From Guillardia theta CCMP2712 (taxonomy: Eukaryota > Protista > Cryptophyta), in assembly GCF_000315625.1 (NCBI RefSeq), contig NW_005434519.1:1-53635 (forward strand): a stretch of DNA of 53,635 bases. The letters run 5' to 3'. Made by a program: the position numbers and the translations under genes. Positions 22,101-37,041 of this stretch are shown here, piece by piece (position 1 is the first letter of the stretch; each line of letters starts with the position of its first letter). The notes under the pieces were generated by a model that was given only the letters and a program-made list of their open reading frames with translations, searched no databases and was not told where the DNA came from.

Positions 22101-25100
22101 AAGCCTCGGGAGTTCTTGTTATGCAGAGACCTTTCTTCGAGGTAGAGGTGGAGCTCAGTGTCCCCAACATTCAAATGAATCCTTCGCTGGAAGAGGTTCA
22201 ATCTGCTGTTAACAGAGCAGCTCTGCACATCTTGCGAGCGACCAAGAAGGTTTACATATGGGGTCAGGACCGAGAGAATGTAAAACACCTTCAGAGCTTC
22301 CACAGACAAATTGCGCAGGACAAAGAGATCGTGAAGATTGTTCTGCTTCTAACAGGAGCAGTTGAAGGCGCCAAGATACATGTCGCTGACTATCTCAAGA
22401 CATTCGACCAGTACAACTATCTTTGGCAGAACGACAAGCAGAAAGCGTACTCGGACTTCCTTCAGACAAATCCTGACATCGAGGCATTTTCAAACGAGCT
22501 GAGGAAGTATATGGACATCGAGCGTGAGATCCGAAACATTCCAGGTGTTCACGTTATCGGCTGCATGTGCTTGGACAGCAGCCCCTTGATGGACTCGTTG
22601 ACTGCTGAGGCTGTGCAATGGAAAGCGCAATATGCAAGAAACCTGCATGAGGGAGCTAAACGAGAGATGTTGGCGATGCAAGACTATTTCAAAGAGAAGA
22701 CAAGGCAGATGAACCGCGAGTTCAAGGAGTTGGAAGATGTTAGAGACGTTATGGAGTGTTTGAAGGAAATCAGAGAGCGAGAGACCGAGATCGACAAGGA
22801 GATTCAGCCTATTGAAGAGCGATACGAGCTTCTCACACAATACGAGCATGAGGTAAATCTTGCGTTCCCTCCCGGATTGTTCACTGAATCATTTCAGGTT
22901 CCTCCCGATGAGCTTGAAGAGCTACAAGATCTCAAGGTACAGTGGAAGCGTGTCAAGGCAAGAGCGTTCGATGTTGGAAACAACATCCGCGTCCTCCAAG
23001 TTCCATTCAGAAGCAAATTGCTCGAAAATGTTGTAGAGTTCATCGATGAAGTCAAAGAATTTCGTGCGGATTTCGAACATAACGGTCCTATGCGGGTGCT
23101 GTTTATTCTTTGGCTTGCACATTGCCTGACTGTTTGCGCAGCCGGGAATGGCGCCCATGGATGCCGCACAAGCGCTCAAGACTTACCAAAGATACTTCGA
23201 GGCGATGGATCGTAAGTGGAAGACCTACTCTCAAGGAGAGGAGATGTTTGCGTTGCAAGTCACGGAGTATCCTGAGCTGGAGCAAACACAGAAGGAGCTT
23301 CTCCTCTTGGACAAACTGTACAGTCTCTTCACTGAAACGATCACCACTATCGACAACTACGGCGACATTCTGTGGACGGAAGTAGTTGCAAACATAGATG
23401 CGATGAACGAAGAAGTGGGCAAGCTTCAAACACGTTGCAAGTCCATGCCCAAGGCCCTTCGGTGACTGAAAGCTCGTGTTTGAACGTGACTGACTTTGTT
23501 TCAAGTGATTGGGACGCATACAACGAGTTGAAGAGGAAAATTGACGACTTTTTGGAAGTCCTTCCTCTGCTCACTGCTCTCTCCGGACAAGCTATGAAGG
23601 AACGTCACTGGAAAGCTGTCATGACCTGTACCAGCTGTGAGCTCAACATGAATCCAGACACGTTCAAACTTCAGCACCTTTTGGATGTTGGAACTCGTCC
23701 GGGGGAGATGAGCCTTCTGCAATGTGCTGAAGAGATCGAAGACATCTGCAGTGGCTCAGGAAAGGAACTGCAGATCGAAGTCAAACTCAAATCTCTATCC
23801 GAGCAGTGGCAGGAGCTCAAGTTCACCTTTACGAACTTCAAGAACCGAGGGCCTGTCATTCTCAACGCTAAGGACCTGTCGGAAATCATGGAGGCGCTGG
23901 AAGATTCTCAGATGACGTTGGGATCTATGGCAAGCAACCGTTACTCGGCTCCTTTCCGCGAAGAAGTGCAGATGTGGATCGCCAACTTGTCGACCGTCTC
24001 GGATGTTGTGGAGCAGTGGATTCAAGTCCAGAACTTGTGGATTTACATGGAAGCTGTCTTCTCTAGCGGAGATATTGCCAAGCAGTTGCCGCAGGAAGCG
24101 AAACGATTTTCCTCGATCGACAAAAATTTCATGAAAGTGACATCAAAAGCGTTTGAGGAGCCAAATTGCGTGGAATGTTGCTGCAACAATGAGATCATGA
24201 AGGAACTGCTCCCTCACTTGATGGAGCAGCTTGAAATGTGTCAGAAGTCTCTCACTGGATATCTTGAGACTAAGAGAAATTGTTTCCCTCGCTTCTATTT
24301 CTGCTCAGACGGAGTTTTGTTGGAGATCTTGTCCCAAGGCTCTGACCCCCACGCAATTGTTGTGCATCTCCAGAACGTGTTTGACTCCTTGGCATCCGTG
24401 CACTTTGACAAGCAAAAGAAGAACACAATGACGAAAATGGTTGCGAATGACGGCGAAGAAGTTGCTTTCACCGTTCCGTTGGACGCTAAGGGGAACGTGG
24501 AGGACTACCTCAATCAGCTGGTGGCAACCATGCAGGAAACGATCCATGACATCTGTCGAGATTGCGGAGGCGAAGCGGGTTCGTTGGATGTATCCAAGGT
24601 TGTCAGTCGATATCCAGCTCAGATCTGTATCTTGTCCCTGCAATTTGACTGGACGACTAGGACAACTGACGCGCTTTCGCGTGCTAAGGTGGACAAGACT
24701 GGGATGTCGCAAGCAGCCAAGAAAGAGCTGGCGGTGTTGAATGAGTTGATCTCCCTCACAGTCACGGACCTAAGCAAACTTGATCGCACCAACGTGGAGA
24801 CCCTCATCACCATCGACGTGCATCAGGTTGATATCAGCAACTCATTGGTGAAGCAGAAGATCAAAGAGCCTTCGGACTTCGAGTGGATGAAACAAGCTCG
24901 CTTCTATTGGAGCTATGAGCAGGATGCTTGTATTGTCTCCATCTGCGACGTTGACTTTGTTTACAACGATGAATATCTCGGCTGCAAGGAGAGGCTGGTG
25001 ATTACACCTCTCACAGATCGATGCTACATCACTCTCTCGCAAGCCATCGGCATGTTCCTTGGAGGAGCCCCTGCGGGCCCTGCAGGGACGGGGAAGACAG

Positions 25101-28100
25101 AGACGACGAAGGACATGGGAAGGACCCTGGGGATTTTCGTGGTGGTCTTCAACTGCTCGGACCAGATGGACTACAAGTCTCTCGGGAAGATCTACAAGGG
25201 ACTTGCAATGGCGGGTTGTTGGGGCTGCTTTGATGAATTCAACAGGATCGATCTTGACGTGTTGTCTGTTGCTGCACAGCAGGTTGCTTGTGTTCTCCAG
25301 GCGCAAAGAGAGAGGAAGCAGGAATTTGTCTTCACAGATGGTCAGACTGTGTACTTGAGACCTGGATGCTCTTACTTCATTACCATGAACCCTGGATACG
25401 CTGGAAGACAAGAACTTCCAGAGAACTTGAAAAGTTTGTTCAGAGGAGTCTGCATGATGGTTCCAGATTTCGGTCTGATCATGCGTGTCAAGTTGGCTTC
25501 TTGCGGTTTCTACGAGAATCAGATCATCGCAAAGAAGTTTGACATCTTGTACCAGCTTTGTAAGTTGCAGCTATCGAAACAAACCCATTACGATTATGGC
25601 CTCCGCAACATCCTCTCAGTTCTCCGAACTGCAGGCAAAGTGAAGCGACAGGAGTTGGAGGCTTCAGAGATGTTCCTGATGATGAGAACATTGAGGGACA
25701 TGAACATCTCGAAGCTGGTGGCTGAAGACGTTCCTCTCTTCATCTCTCTCATTTCTGACCTCTTCCCCAACATCACCGCGGAGAAGAACACCTTCCCTGA
25801 GATCGAGAAGGCAATGGCCGACCAGTCCAAGGAGATGAACTTGCAGTACGACAAGGCGCCGGAATGGGCGGGCAAGTGTGTGCAGCTGCTTGAGACATAT
25901 TACGTGCGCCATGGGATCGGAATCGTCGGGCCGACGGGGTCCGGCAAGACGATGATGCAGGAGGTACTCTCGCGAGCTCTCTCCATCGTCGACGTCAAGC
26001 ATGTTCTTCTGCGCATGAACCCCAAGGCCATCACGGCACCTCAGATGTTTGGCAACCTTGACGCGACGACGGGTGACTGGACGGACGGCATCTTCGCTGT
26101 CTTGTGGAGGAAAGGCACAAAAGCCAAGAATCAGAACACCTGGATTGTGTTGGACGGGCCGGTCGACGCCATTTGGATCGAAAACCTCAACACGGTCTTG
26201 GATGACAACAAGCTGCTCACGCTCGCCAACGGGGACCGCATCCCCATGAGCCCAGCCATGAAGGCAGTCTTCGAGCCCGAGAACCTCATGAACGCCTCCC
26301 CCGCCACGGTTTCTCGCATGGGTATCATCTACGTCTCTGGCTCTGTCCTGGGATGGCAGCCGCTTGTTCCCTCCTGGCTGAACCTGCGGAGAGAGAAGGA
26401 AGTGCCTGTGATCCAGGCGCTGATCGACAAGTACATCGACCCGATGCTCGAATGTGTGACAAAGACTTGCAAGGCGGTGATGTACAGCACCAGCGGCATC
26501 TACCTCACCTCCTGCTTCAAGATGCTGGAGGAGATTCTCGCTCCTACCGTAGAGTCCAAGACGTTCCTTTCGGAAGAGCACATGGAGAAGATTTTCATCT
26601 ATGCGCTGTGTTGGTCGCTCGGAGCGTTGTTGGAGCTCGACGACAGGAAGAAGTTCAGTGCAGACCTTGCGAAGCTCGCCAACGTCTCTGTGTTCCCTCC
26701 TGTGGGCGAAGAGACTGCCTTCGAGTACTTCGTTGACGAGACTGGCAGCTGGAAGCACTGGAAGATTCGTGTCCTGGACTGGGAGTATCCCACCGATAAG
26801 GATCCAAGCTTTGCCGAGCTTCTTCTTCCCACCCTTGACAGTGTGCGATATGTGGCCCAGCTGACGATGCTGGTGCCGGCCAAGAAGCCTGTGCTGTTCA
26901 CGGGGGCTCCTGGTGTGAGCAAGACGGCGACGCTGCAGCAGTACATCTCGTCTTTGCCGTCGGAGACCTGGATCAAGAAGATGGTTCCCTTCTCCTTCGT
27001 TACCACGCCAGAGATCTTCCAACGCACCCTTGAGAGCTGCGTGGAGAAGAGACAGGGGAGAACCTTCGGCCCCCCGGGAGGGAAGCAGTGCTGCTTCTTC
27101 ATCGACGACATTTCAATGCCTGTCATCAACAACTGGGGTGATCAGATCACCAACGAGATCGTACGACAGTGTTTGGCCGAGGAAGGGTTCTACAGTCTTG
27201 ACAAGCCCGGGGAGTGGAAGAACTTCACAGACATGGGTTACGTTGCTGCCATGGTACATCCGGGAGGAGGGCGCAACGACATTCCGAACCGTTTGAAGAG
27301 ACAGTACTGCCTGATGAACGTCACAATGCCTTCAATCGCTGCTATCGACAACATCTTCGGTACCATCATGTCCGGCAGGCTATCCAGCAAGTCGCCTTTC
27401 CACGCAGTCCCCAAGTCGGTTGAAGAAGGTGTCAAACGTTTGACCGAAGCCACTATCCAACTCTGGCAGAAGACCTCAGTCAAGATGCTCCCAACCCCAG
27501 CAAAGTTTCACTACGTCTGGAACATGCGAGAGATCTCGCGTGTCTTCGGCGGCATGTTCATGGCTACTCGCAACACGATACCGGACGAGGTGAGAGCGGA
27601 GTAGCTTGAGTCAAGGGAGAGGAGGAAGTGACTTGGTTCGCAGGTTTACCTCCTCAAACTCTGGCGCCACGAGTGCGAGCGAGTTTTTACCGACAAGCTG
27701 ACGAACGCAGTGGACAAGGAATGGGAGAACAAGGCAATCATGTCGGTAATAGAAGCTGTTTACGGCAAAGAGATCTCAGCCAAGGTGGCGGGCCCCTGCT
27801 ACTTTGTGAATTTCATGCCTGAGCCGCTCTTCAATGACGACGGAGTCTGCATCAACGAACGACCTCAAAGCTATGAGCTTGTTGAGCACGGGGATCTGAC
27901 GCCTGTGCGTGAGAAAGCCCTCAACTTCCAGAAGCAGTACAACGAAGAGAACAAGATCGGCAAACTCGAACTCGTCCTCTTCGAGTACGCCCTTGAGCAC
28001 TTGATGCGAATCTCCAGGTGCATGTGTCAAGATCGTGGATCCATGATGCTTGTTGGCGTTGGCGGCTCAGGAAAGCAAAGCTTGGCACGTCTAGCGTCGT

Positions 28101-31100
28101 TTATCGCCGGGAACTTCATTTTCCAGATCACCATCACCAAGTACTATTCTGTCACAAACTTGTTCGAAGATATCAAGCTGCTGTACAAGACAGCAGGACT
28201 GAAGGGCAAGGTATTGCCAACCCTTGATGTGCCGGAAATCTCTTTGACTTGCACTTTAGCCTGTCACCTTCATCTTCACTGACGCTGAGGTTAAAGACGA
28301 AGGTTTCCTTGAGTACATCAACCAAATCTTGTCGACTGGTAAGAGCTACATGTCCACTTGGACTTGTTCTCACACAGACTGCAGGTGAAGTCTCAAACTT
28401 GTTTCCTAAAGATGAGATGGATGCAATTCTCGGAGATCTTCGTCCGATTGCTAAGAAAGCGATCAAGGGCTTCATCGACACGACTGAGAACCTTCAGAAA
28501 TACTTCTACGACTCCGTTCGCAACCAGCTGCATGTTGTCCTTTGTATGTCACCAGTTGGAGAGAAGTTGTCGTCACGATGTCGCAAATTCCCCGGGTTGA
28601 TCAACTGCACGACTGTCGACTGGTTCCTGGCATGGCCGGAGGAAGGTTTGTTGAACGTGTCTCAAAAGTTCATCAACGACTTCAAGATGGAGACTACAGC
28701 AGACATCAAACAAAACCTGATGGCACATATGGCCAAGGTTCACAGCATGGTAGTGCAGGCAACCAACGATTACTTCCAATCTTTCCGAAGAAACGTTTAT
28801 GTAGGAACTCATAGCGAGACTGTGGAAAATGACTGATCTCACTGCAGGTCACGCCCAAGTCTTATCTCTCCTTCCTCAAGACCTACTGCCAAGTTTACAG
28901 CGATCAGTTCTCCGGGATCAAGGAGCTGGCTGACAAGATCAACAACGGACTCGTCAAACTTGACGAGGCGGCGCAGGATGTGGAGAAAATGAAGGTTGAA
29001 TTGGCTGCAACGGAGGTACGGCATTCACCTGCTTTCCTCGCTCTCGTCCCCTCCTGATCGCCTTTGCTCGTCTTTGACAGGTTGTGCTGCAAGAAGCGGC
29101 GGTGAAGTCAGCCGCACTGTTGAAGGAGATCACAATCGGGACAGCCGAAGCAGAGAAGACGAAGGCAGAAGTGAAACTCGTGGCTGACGCTGCCGGAGAG
29201 AAGGCAACGGTCATTGGGGGAGAGAAGGCTGAGGTCGAGAAGGATCTTGAAGCTGCGAAACCAGCCTTGATAGAAGCCGAGTCAGCCCTGAACGCCATCA
29301 AGCCTGACGACATCAAGAACCTCAAGGCGCTCAAGAATCCTCCTGACGTCATCAAGATCATCTTTGATGGTGTTCTTATCCTCAAACGAGGGCCCATGCT
29401 CAAATGTCAGATGGTGGACATCAAGGGCTTCGCATGCTACAAGGACAACTACAGCGAGGCAAGCAAGATGATGAACGACTCCAACTTCCTCGCGTCGCTT
29501 CAGCAGTTTCCCAAAGAGAACATTACCGACGAGGATTGTGAGCTGCTCACGCCCTACACCGATCATGGTCTCTTCACAGTCGAGGCTGCTGCCAAGGCCT
29601 CCGGACTTGCCGTCGGTCTCTGCAAGTGGGTGAAGGCCATGAAGACTTACCACGAGATCGCCAAGGTGGTGATCCCCAAGATGGACGCTCTTCGCGTCAA
29701 GGAAGCAGAGCTCGCGGCCGCGAACAAGAAACTCGCGCAAGCTCAAGCTCAGCTGACAGCCGCACAAGCGCAGCTGGATCAGATGCAGGAGAAGTTCGAC
29801 AAGGCAATGGCAGACAAACAGAAGCTGCAGGACGAGGCGGATGCGACCAAGCGCAAGATGGATGCTGCCAATGCGCTGATCTCAGGACTCTCAGGCGAGA
29901 AAGTTAGATGGACTCAACAGTCCAAGGAGTTCGATGACCAGATCGCTCGCCTAGTCGGAGACTGCGCGGTCGCCTGCGCCTTCCTTAGCTATCTTGGTCC
30001 CTTCAACAAGACGTTCAGAGACAAGCTTGTTCTCTCGTCCTTCACACATGACATCTTGGACAAGAAGATCCCTCTCACCAAGAACCTCGACATCTCTGCT
30101 ATGCTTGTTGACGGAGCTACCACGGGCGAATGGAACCTGCAAGGTCTTCCCACGGACGATCTTTCGATTCAGAACGGCATCCTGACGACCAGGGCCAGTC
30201 GCTACCCTCTGATGGTCGACCCTCAGGGGCAGGGGCTTGCCTGGATCCGAAACAGAGAAGCGGTGAACGGCGTCAAAGAGACATCCTTCCAAGACAAGGG
30301 CTTTAGGAACTCACTGGAAGACTGCATGGGGTATGGGAAACCACTTCTCCTTGCCAACGTCGAGAACGAGCTAGATCCTGTTCTTGATCCTGTCCTGGAC
30401 AAGGCGTTCATCAAGAAGGGCAAGAACTTCATCGGTAATGGCCTCGCTTGACTTTTTTCTTTTCCCTTGACTTGTTCACTTCAGTGGCCTTGGCGGACAA
30501 GGAGTGCGACATCGAGCCCGACAAGTTTCTGCTGTACATCACCACGAGGCTTCCGAACCCTCACTTCACTCCCGAGCTCTCGGCCCGCGTCACCATCATC
30601 GACTTCACCGTGACGATCAAGGGCCTTGAAGATCAGCTGCTTGCCCGAGTCGTCCTGCAAGAGAAACCTGAGCTGGAGCAGGAGAGGCAGAAGCTGCAAG
30701 CAGAGGTCAATGGGTACCAGAAGAAGATCGTGGAATTGCAGGATGACTTATTGTACCGCTTGTCTTCTTGCGAGGTCAGTGTTTTTTACTATGCCTTGCA
30801 AGCTAAAACTTTCACTTTTAGGGATCTTTGCTGGATGATCCAGAAATCGTTGACGTGCTTGCCATGACAAAGAAAACGAGCAAGGAGGTTCAAGAGAAAC
30901 TGAAGAACGCGGGAGAAGCGGAGATCAGAATCAAATCAGCCTGCGGTATGTTGTTGAAGACTTGCGTTGCAGCCTGTCTTGACGATGTTTCTTGCAGAGG
31001 AGTACCGACCAGTAGCAACAAGAGGGTCAATCTTATACTTCTTGATTGCTGAGATGAGCGCAATCAACGTCATGTACCAGACATCGCTCGCTCAGTTTAT

Positions 31101-33474
31101 TGAAGTCTTCCAGAAGTCCATGGTTGAAGCAGAAGAGAACAAGATTCCGGCTAAGAGGATCAACAACATCATTGAGCACATGTCGTACATCACTTACTTG
31201 TACATCGGCCGAGGTCTGTTCGAGCGGCACAAGGATGTTTTCATCACTCTTCTAGCCATGAAGGTTCAGATCCAGGAAGGTGCCATCACTATGGAACACT
31301 TCAACTGCTTCGTAAAGGGAGGCGCGGCGCTCGACATTGCAGCTCAAAGGAAGAAGCCTGGCAACTGGATGTCGGATACCGCCTGGCTCAACGCCATTCA
31401 GCTGAGCATGTCCATCCCGATGTTCAAAGACCTGCCCGAGGCCATCGTGAGAGGAGAGAAGATGTGGAAGGAATGGATGGACCTGGACGCTCCGGAGGCA
31501 ACCAACGTCCCTGACTTCGAGGAGCGACTCGACAAGATGCACAGAATGTTGATCATTCGTGGACTGCGGCCAGACAGAACGATGGTGGTGACTAAGGAGT
31601 ACATCGCCGACACCATGGGCGCGAGATACGTCGACTTTCCTCCTCTCAACCTTGAACAAACTCACACTGAGAGCACTGAACGAACTCCCTTCGTCTGCAT
31701 CTTATCCATGGGATCTGACCCAACAGATCTCATCATGGGGCTAGCCAAGAAGAAGAAGAAAGAGGTTCTCTCCGTCTCCATGGGTCAAGGCCAGGAGGTT
31801 GTCGCCCGCAGGTTCATCGACCAGGGGGTGGCCACGGGCTGCTGGGCTCTTCTGCAGAACTGCCACCTGGGAATCAAATTCCTGGTGGAGTTGGAGGGAA
31901 GGCTGGCGAACAAAGACCTGGAGCAGATCGACCCCGAGTTCCGCGTGTGGGTGACGGCAGAGCCGCACAAGTCCTTCCCCATCGGCCTCCTGCAGATGAG
32001 TATCAAGATCACCAACGAGGCTCCGGTCGGTATGAAGGCTGGCATGAAGCGATCGTACAACTGGATCACTCAGGACATGCTGGACATCGTTCCTCGCTCG
32101 GAGTGGCGAACCCTTCTCTGGGTCCTCTGCCACTGCCACAGTGTCGTGCAAGAACGCAGGAAGTTCGGATCCATCGGCTGGACGGTGCCTTACGAGTTCA
32201 ATCAGTCCGACCTCAACGCTTGTGCGCTGTTCCTTCAAAACCACTTGCTCGAGATGGACGCAAAGAAATCCAAGGAAGTTACCTGGACGACCGTGCGCTA
32301 CATGATCGCTGAGATCCAGTACGGAGGCAGGATTACAGACGACTGGGATCGGAGGCAGATGAATACCTTCTCTGAGAAGTACTTCTCTCAATACGTCCTT
32401 GAGCCTGGGTACGAGTTTCTCAAAGGCTACTCCATTCCCACCGGTACAGACATCGCCGCGTACAGGCGGCACATCGACGAGAACCTTCCTGTCACCGACT
32501 CGCCAGAAGTGTTTGGGCTGAATCAGAACGCTGACTTGACGTACCGGCTGCAGGAGTCTGCTGACCTCTTTGATACTATTCTTGAAACTCAACCCCGTGG
32601 TGGTGGAGGAGGAGGCAAATCTCGCGAGGACATTGTGACGGAGCTCTGTGCAGACTTGCTGCAGAAGATTCCTGCTGACTTCAACAAAGAAGAGATCCGT
32701 ACGGCTCTACAGAAGATGGGTCCCACGAAGCCGATCAACGTCGCCTTCCGGCAGGAGCTTGACGTCATACAGAAGTCGATCTCGGTGGTAAGGGCTACAC
32801 TCAAGAACTTGCAGCTGGCCATTGCAGGAACGATCGTTATGTCCGACGATCTTGCAGGAGCTTTAGATTCAATGTTCAATGCCAAGGTCCCTCCTGTCTG
32901 GCTCAAGGGCGCCTGGTTCTCTCCCACAGTAGGCATCTGGTTCGGTATCCTTCTAGCACGCTACGAGCAGTTCGATCGCTGGCTCAAGCAGGGTCGTCCC
33001 AAGTCCTACTGGCTCCCTGGCTTCAGCAACGGATCCGGTTTCCTGACTGCTGTCAAGCAGGAGGTCGCACGATCCAAGTCCGGGTGGGCGCTGGATGACG
33101 TTGTGCTATTCACGGAGGTGACGAAGCTGGACTACGAGGAGGTTCGGGAGGCTCACTCGGACGGCATCTTCGTGCATGGATTGTACCTCGAAGGCGCCTC
33201 GTGGCACAAGAAGGACTCGCACCTGATGGAAGCTGCTCGCGGCGAGCTGGTGAAGCTGTTGCCCGTGATGCACATCACCGGAGTCTTGAAGTCCAACAAG
33301 AAGATGGACTACATGGTGTATGAGTGCCCTGTGTACTTCAGGTTTGACCCCAGAAAGCGAGGAATGACTGCCGCTCAGCCTAACTTCATGTTTGCCCCTG
33401 AAATTCGAACGATCGACCCACCAGCAAAGTGGATTCTTCGAGGTGTAGCCTTGCTGACGTACCCGGGTGACTAG
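19179..33474 (+). CDS. Axonemal outer-arm dynein heavy chain, gamma/DNAH5-DNAH8 type, multi-exon
   Basis: Tail motif [20 protein letters not shown]1 [33 protein letters not shown]2 [11 protein letters not shown]3 [11 protein letters not shown]4 GVGGSGKQS, a coiled-coil stalk, and C-terminal WILRGVALL. Exons are joined by ~45-55 nt introns. Confidence 0.97.
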
Positions 33475-34787
33475 TCGTGAAAGATTGTGACTGTAAAGTA
33501 GCAGTTGTTCATGAAATACAACCAGTTGCAAAGTCAAACTAGTCAAATTCTTTCTCTTCACTAGCCTAGCCCAGAAGGGACAAACAGAGATGAATTGCCG
33601 GACATGGGCCGGTAAAACTGATCTAATCACGGCAGCCCGCCCCAGAGATTTCCAAGCCACGTTTTTGCTTTTCCGCCAGCGGTGTCTAGGTTCTATTTTA
33701 GAAGATATTTCAGTATCAATCTTCAAAAATTCCCTCAAATAATACAATTTTATACTATAAAACTGAAACAATATTCGAAACTGATATAAACAAAATGAAA
33801 AAACTTGCCCTTTACATGTTTTCATGACCCAATACCCCCTCACCCGGCACATCTCCTATGAAAGTACCCCTCGTACCATCGTCGTCCTCCTCTACGCCCA
33901 TATTCCACAGCCATGCTCGGAACTCGCAACCTTCGGCAGGTAATGTAAGCAGCGTAAGATTAGGCCTGATGAAGCGAGGAGTAGTGATAATGGTCACACA
34001 CCACAGGTGCTTGTGATGGAAGTCATTGCGAAGTAGGAGTAGATGGAGGAGCAAGAGCAGGAAAAGGAGACGAAAATAAGCAGTACCGGAGAATGAAGGA
34101 GGAAGAGGAGAGCAGGAGGAGAGCAGGAGAAAGAGCAGGAGAGGGAAGGAAGGATGATTATGGTGAAGGAGGAATAGAAGGAAGAGGATTTTGAAGATGG
34201 ACGTGGAGGATTCTCCAATGGTTTTGTTGTTCTCTGTCTTCGATTCCGTCTTCATTGCTCTGGTCTGTTCAGCTGCTCTTTTTGTACTTCTATTCATTTG
34301 AAGTGGAATCATGATGAGATAGTGCTCGAAAAACGAAAAACGAAAAACGTCAGTTTGCTTCAAGCTTTGTTGTTCAAGCAATCCATAAGTCACTTTCATC
34401 TGTCAATCACCATGACGTTGTGAGAATTGACTGCAGGAAGGGTTGTCCTACCCTGTTCTTGACTGATCTTTCATTCTTCGTGGTTCACTAATCTTTGTAT
34501 TCTCTCGAGCAGGTGGTGGGGCGGCTTCTAAGCAGTCCTGGAGCACAGAAGATTTTCCCCTCTGCTCCATGCAGCCAGAGGTCATTGATGTCTCCTCCTC
34601 ATCCCACCCTCATCGAGACATGACAGGTGTCACATTCTCTCGTGCAGACCCGTCGTGGCTGCAGTATATTCAGCTCCCAAGGCGCCAGGGCTGAGGTGTG
34701 CTTCTTGCTTGCAAGTTGGAGGGGTCAGCCCCCTGCGGTATCGATGAAGTGACGGCATGTGCTGTTAGTCGCTTCCTAGGCACTGGT

Positions 34788-36279
34788 ATGAGTGACAAAG
34801 AATCTTTTGATAAGTTGAAATTTGACGCTGAGAAGGTAAATGGTGATCATGGGTATGGAATGAATCTGAACATGGAGATACAGGGCGATGTGAAGGCGAT
34901 GTTTGAAACTGGGATGTCGCTACTGGCTGGCCGTGGATGCGAAGCAAACGAGAGTGAGGCGGTCAAGGTATGAAGCCAAGACGCTTACAAAGACGCTTGA
35001 CTTGGACGAAACTTGGTGACCATGTCTCCTTTGCAGTGGTATACAAAGGCAGCCGAGAAGGGTCACTTAGACGCCCAGTATAACTTGGGAGTTTGTATGT
35101 ACTACGGCAGAGGAGTAGATCGAAACATCGAGCAAGCTGTCAGTGAGATGGTTTCTGAAAACTTTTGGTTGATGTTTGCTGTAGGTCGCTTGGTATTTGA
35201 AAGCCGCCGATCAGGTAGAAACCTTGTCTATCTTTTCTTGCAATTGACTTTTCAACTTGATCAGGGGCATGTTGCAGCAGAGTATGCTCTTGGGGTTTGC
35301 TATGAGAAAGGTCGTGGAGTCCAGAAAGATTTAGTTAAATCCATGTATTTGTCTCGGGATTCAGTTCGATATATTTGACTTTAGTACAGAAAATATTACA
35401 CAAATGCAGCCAACGCTGGTGATGCTTCAGCCCAGTATAAGCTTGGCGAGTGCTTTTATTATGGGAGGTCAATTCTGTTGCCACGCCGCATTGAATCTTG
35501 CTCAATACAATGTTCAGATCAGGATTGAAAGAAAACTTCCAAGAAGCTGCCAGTTTGTTCTCCAAGGCCTGTGAACAAGTTTGTTCCATCTATTTGATGA
35601 AACTTTCTAAATATCTAATGTCAGGGGCTTGCGAAAGCACAATACATGTTAGGGCTTTGCCATTACTACGGCCAAGTAGATCTGCACTGTCTTGGTGGGT
35701 GAGGCTGAAGCTCTAAACTTGACAGGGAGTTGAGAACAGCGAGAGCAAAGCAGCAGATTTGTTCTTGAAGGCTGCTGAACAAGGACATCCTCAAGCTGAG
35801 TATCAGGTCGACACTCTTTCACTGAAGTCAGCTCGTAATTTGCAGACCAGATTGCTGCATGCTATTACTCTGGCAGAGGCGTTGAGAAAGTGATGAGAAG
35901 CTTTGTGTAATCAATTTCACTCATCATTCGAAATCAGAACCTGGAGAAAGCTGTCGAGTGGTTTGAAAAGGCGGCCAAACAATCACATCCTGTCAATTTC
36001 CATGAGCGGCAAAATTGATTCCTGATGATTATATCAGGTAGCGCAGTATAGTTTGGGCCAATGCTACTATTATGGCCGAGGAGTTCCAAAGGTGTGTGAG
36101 AGTCATCGTACTTCATTTGTTGACTGTTTGCAGAGCGAGGAGAAGGCCCTCGAATATTACACCATGGCTGCGAATCAAGGACATGCGCAAGCCAAGTATG
36201 TTTTTTTCAATACTCAAATGTCTTATCATTCTTTTCTGTCAGATACTGGATCGGGATCATTCTCAAGAGCAAAGAATGA
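34788..36279 (+). CDS. Sel1-like repeat protein, many short introns
   Basis: Repeated WYxKAAxxGHxxAQYxLGxCYYxGRGV units; the inferred last exon reads YWIGIILKSKE*. Confidence 0.9.
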
Positions 36280-36470
36280 AGGCGCTGATGACAAACAGTG
36301 TCGATGTGATGAGCGTATTTCATCCGAACGAAAAAATGACATCAAGTTGATGCGTGCCTTGTTTTGTTTCTTCTTTTATCATTCTCTTCAAAAATGATCA
36401 TGCGACACAAGAGATCACGGAAAGAAAGCTTTGCAGACAATTATCATATAGCAATGCAAGTACAGGTAGT

Positions 36471-37041
36471 TCAGAGTTGAGGATCAGAATGGAACGATAC
36501 AGGGCCATCTTCATCACACTGGAGAAACCATTTGATCCAGTTCTCATCCAGTGGCACAGCATCATGATCGATGCTTCTTGGTTGCTCTGACGTATCGTTT
36601 CTTGACTCTGTGCTGGATCCCGTGCATGCATCGTCCATTTCATCGAGTAGAGACAAGTCGCCCACTTCATCGTCGAAGAGCTCTAAAGGCTCTGTTGCAC
36701 CGTGATTGTTCTCCGCCAAGGGTCTAGTTGAGCTTCCTGCTCCAGCATCTGTGTTGTCATGCTCAACAAGGATTGGACTTCCTGCTGCAACTCTCGAGTT
36801 GGGCCATCTCTTCAAGCCGAGCCTCCGGCATGCAATCTTGAGACTTGTCAACGAGATTCCCTAATAACACGTCAGAATGATCTCTTCGCTTTGTTCAATT
36901 GCTTACCAAAGTAGTCGCTGCATCCTCTTGTCGCATATTGTACAACGTTGAGATCATGTTCAGATCAAGCTTCACCGATCGGGACTTCCTGAGCAGTCCA
37001 TGTCTCGTTCTCGCCCTGATCACAACAACTGTTTCTGTCAT
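36471..37041 (-). CDS. RWP-RK domain transcription factor
   Basis: Exon 1 ...LYNMRQEDAATTL, a 46-nt intron (36906-36861), then GISLTSLKIACRRLGLKRWP. Confidence 0.9.

Noticed and set aside
26900-26935. Non-canonical AAA3 P-loop GAPGVSKT
   Set aside because: A deviant AAA3 Walker A is normal for gamma/DNAH5-type chains.
24305-32936. Long antisense ORFs inside the dynein gene (e.g. 25664-27022)
   Set aside because: Codon-bias shadows of the sense CDS.
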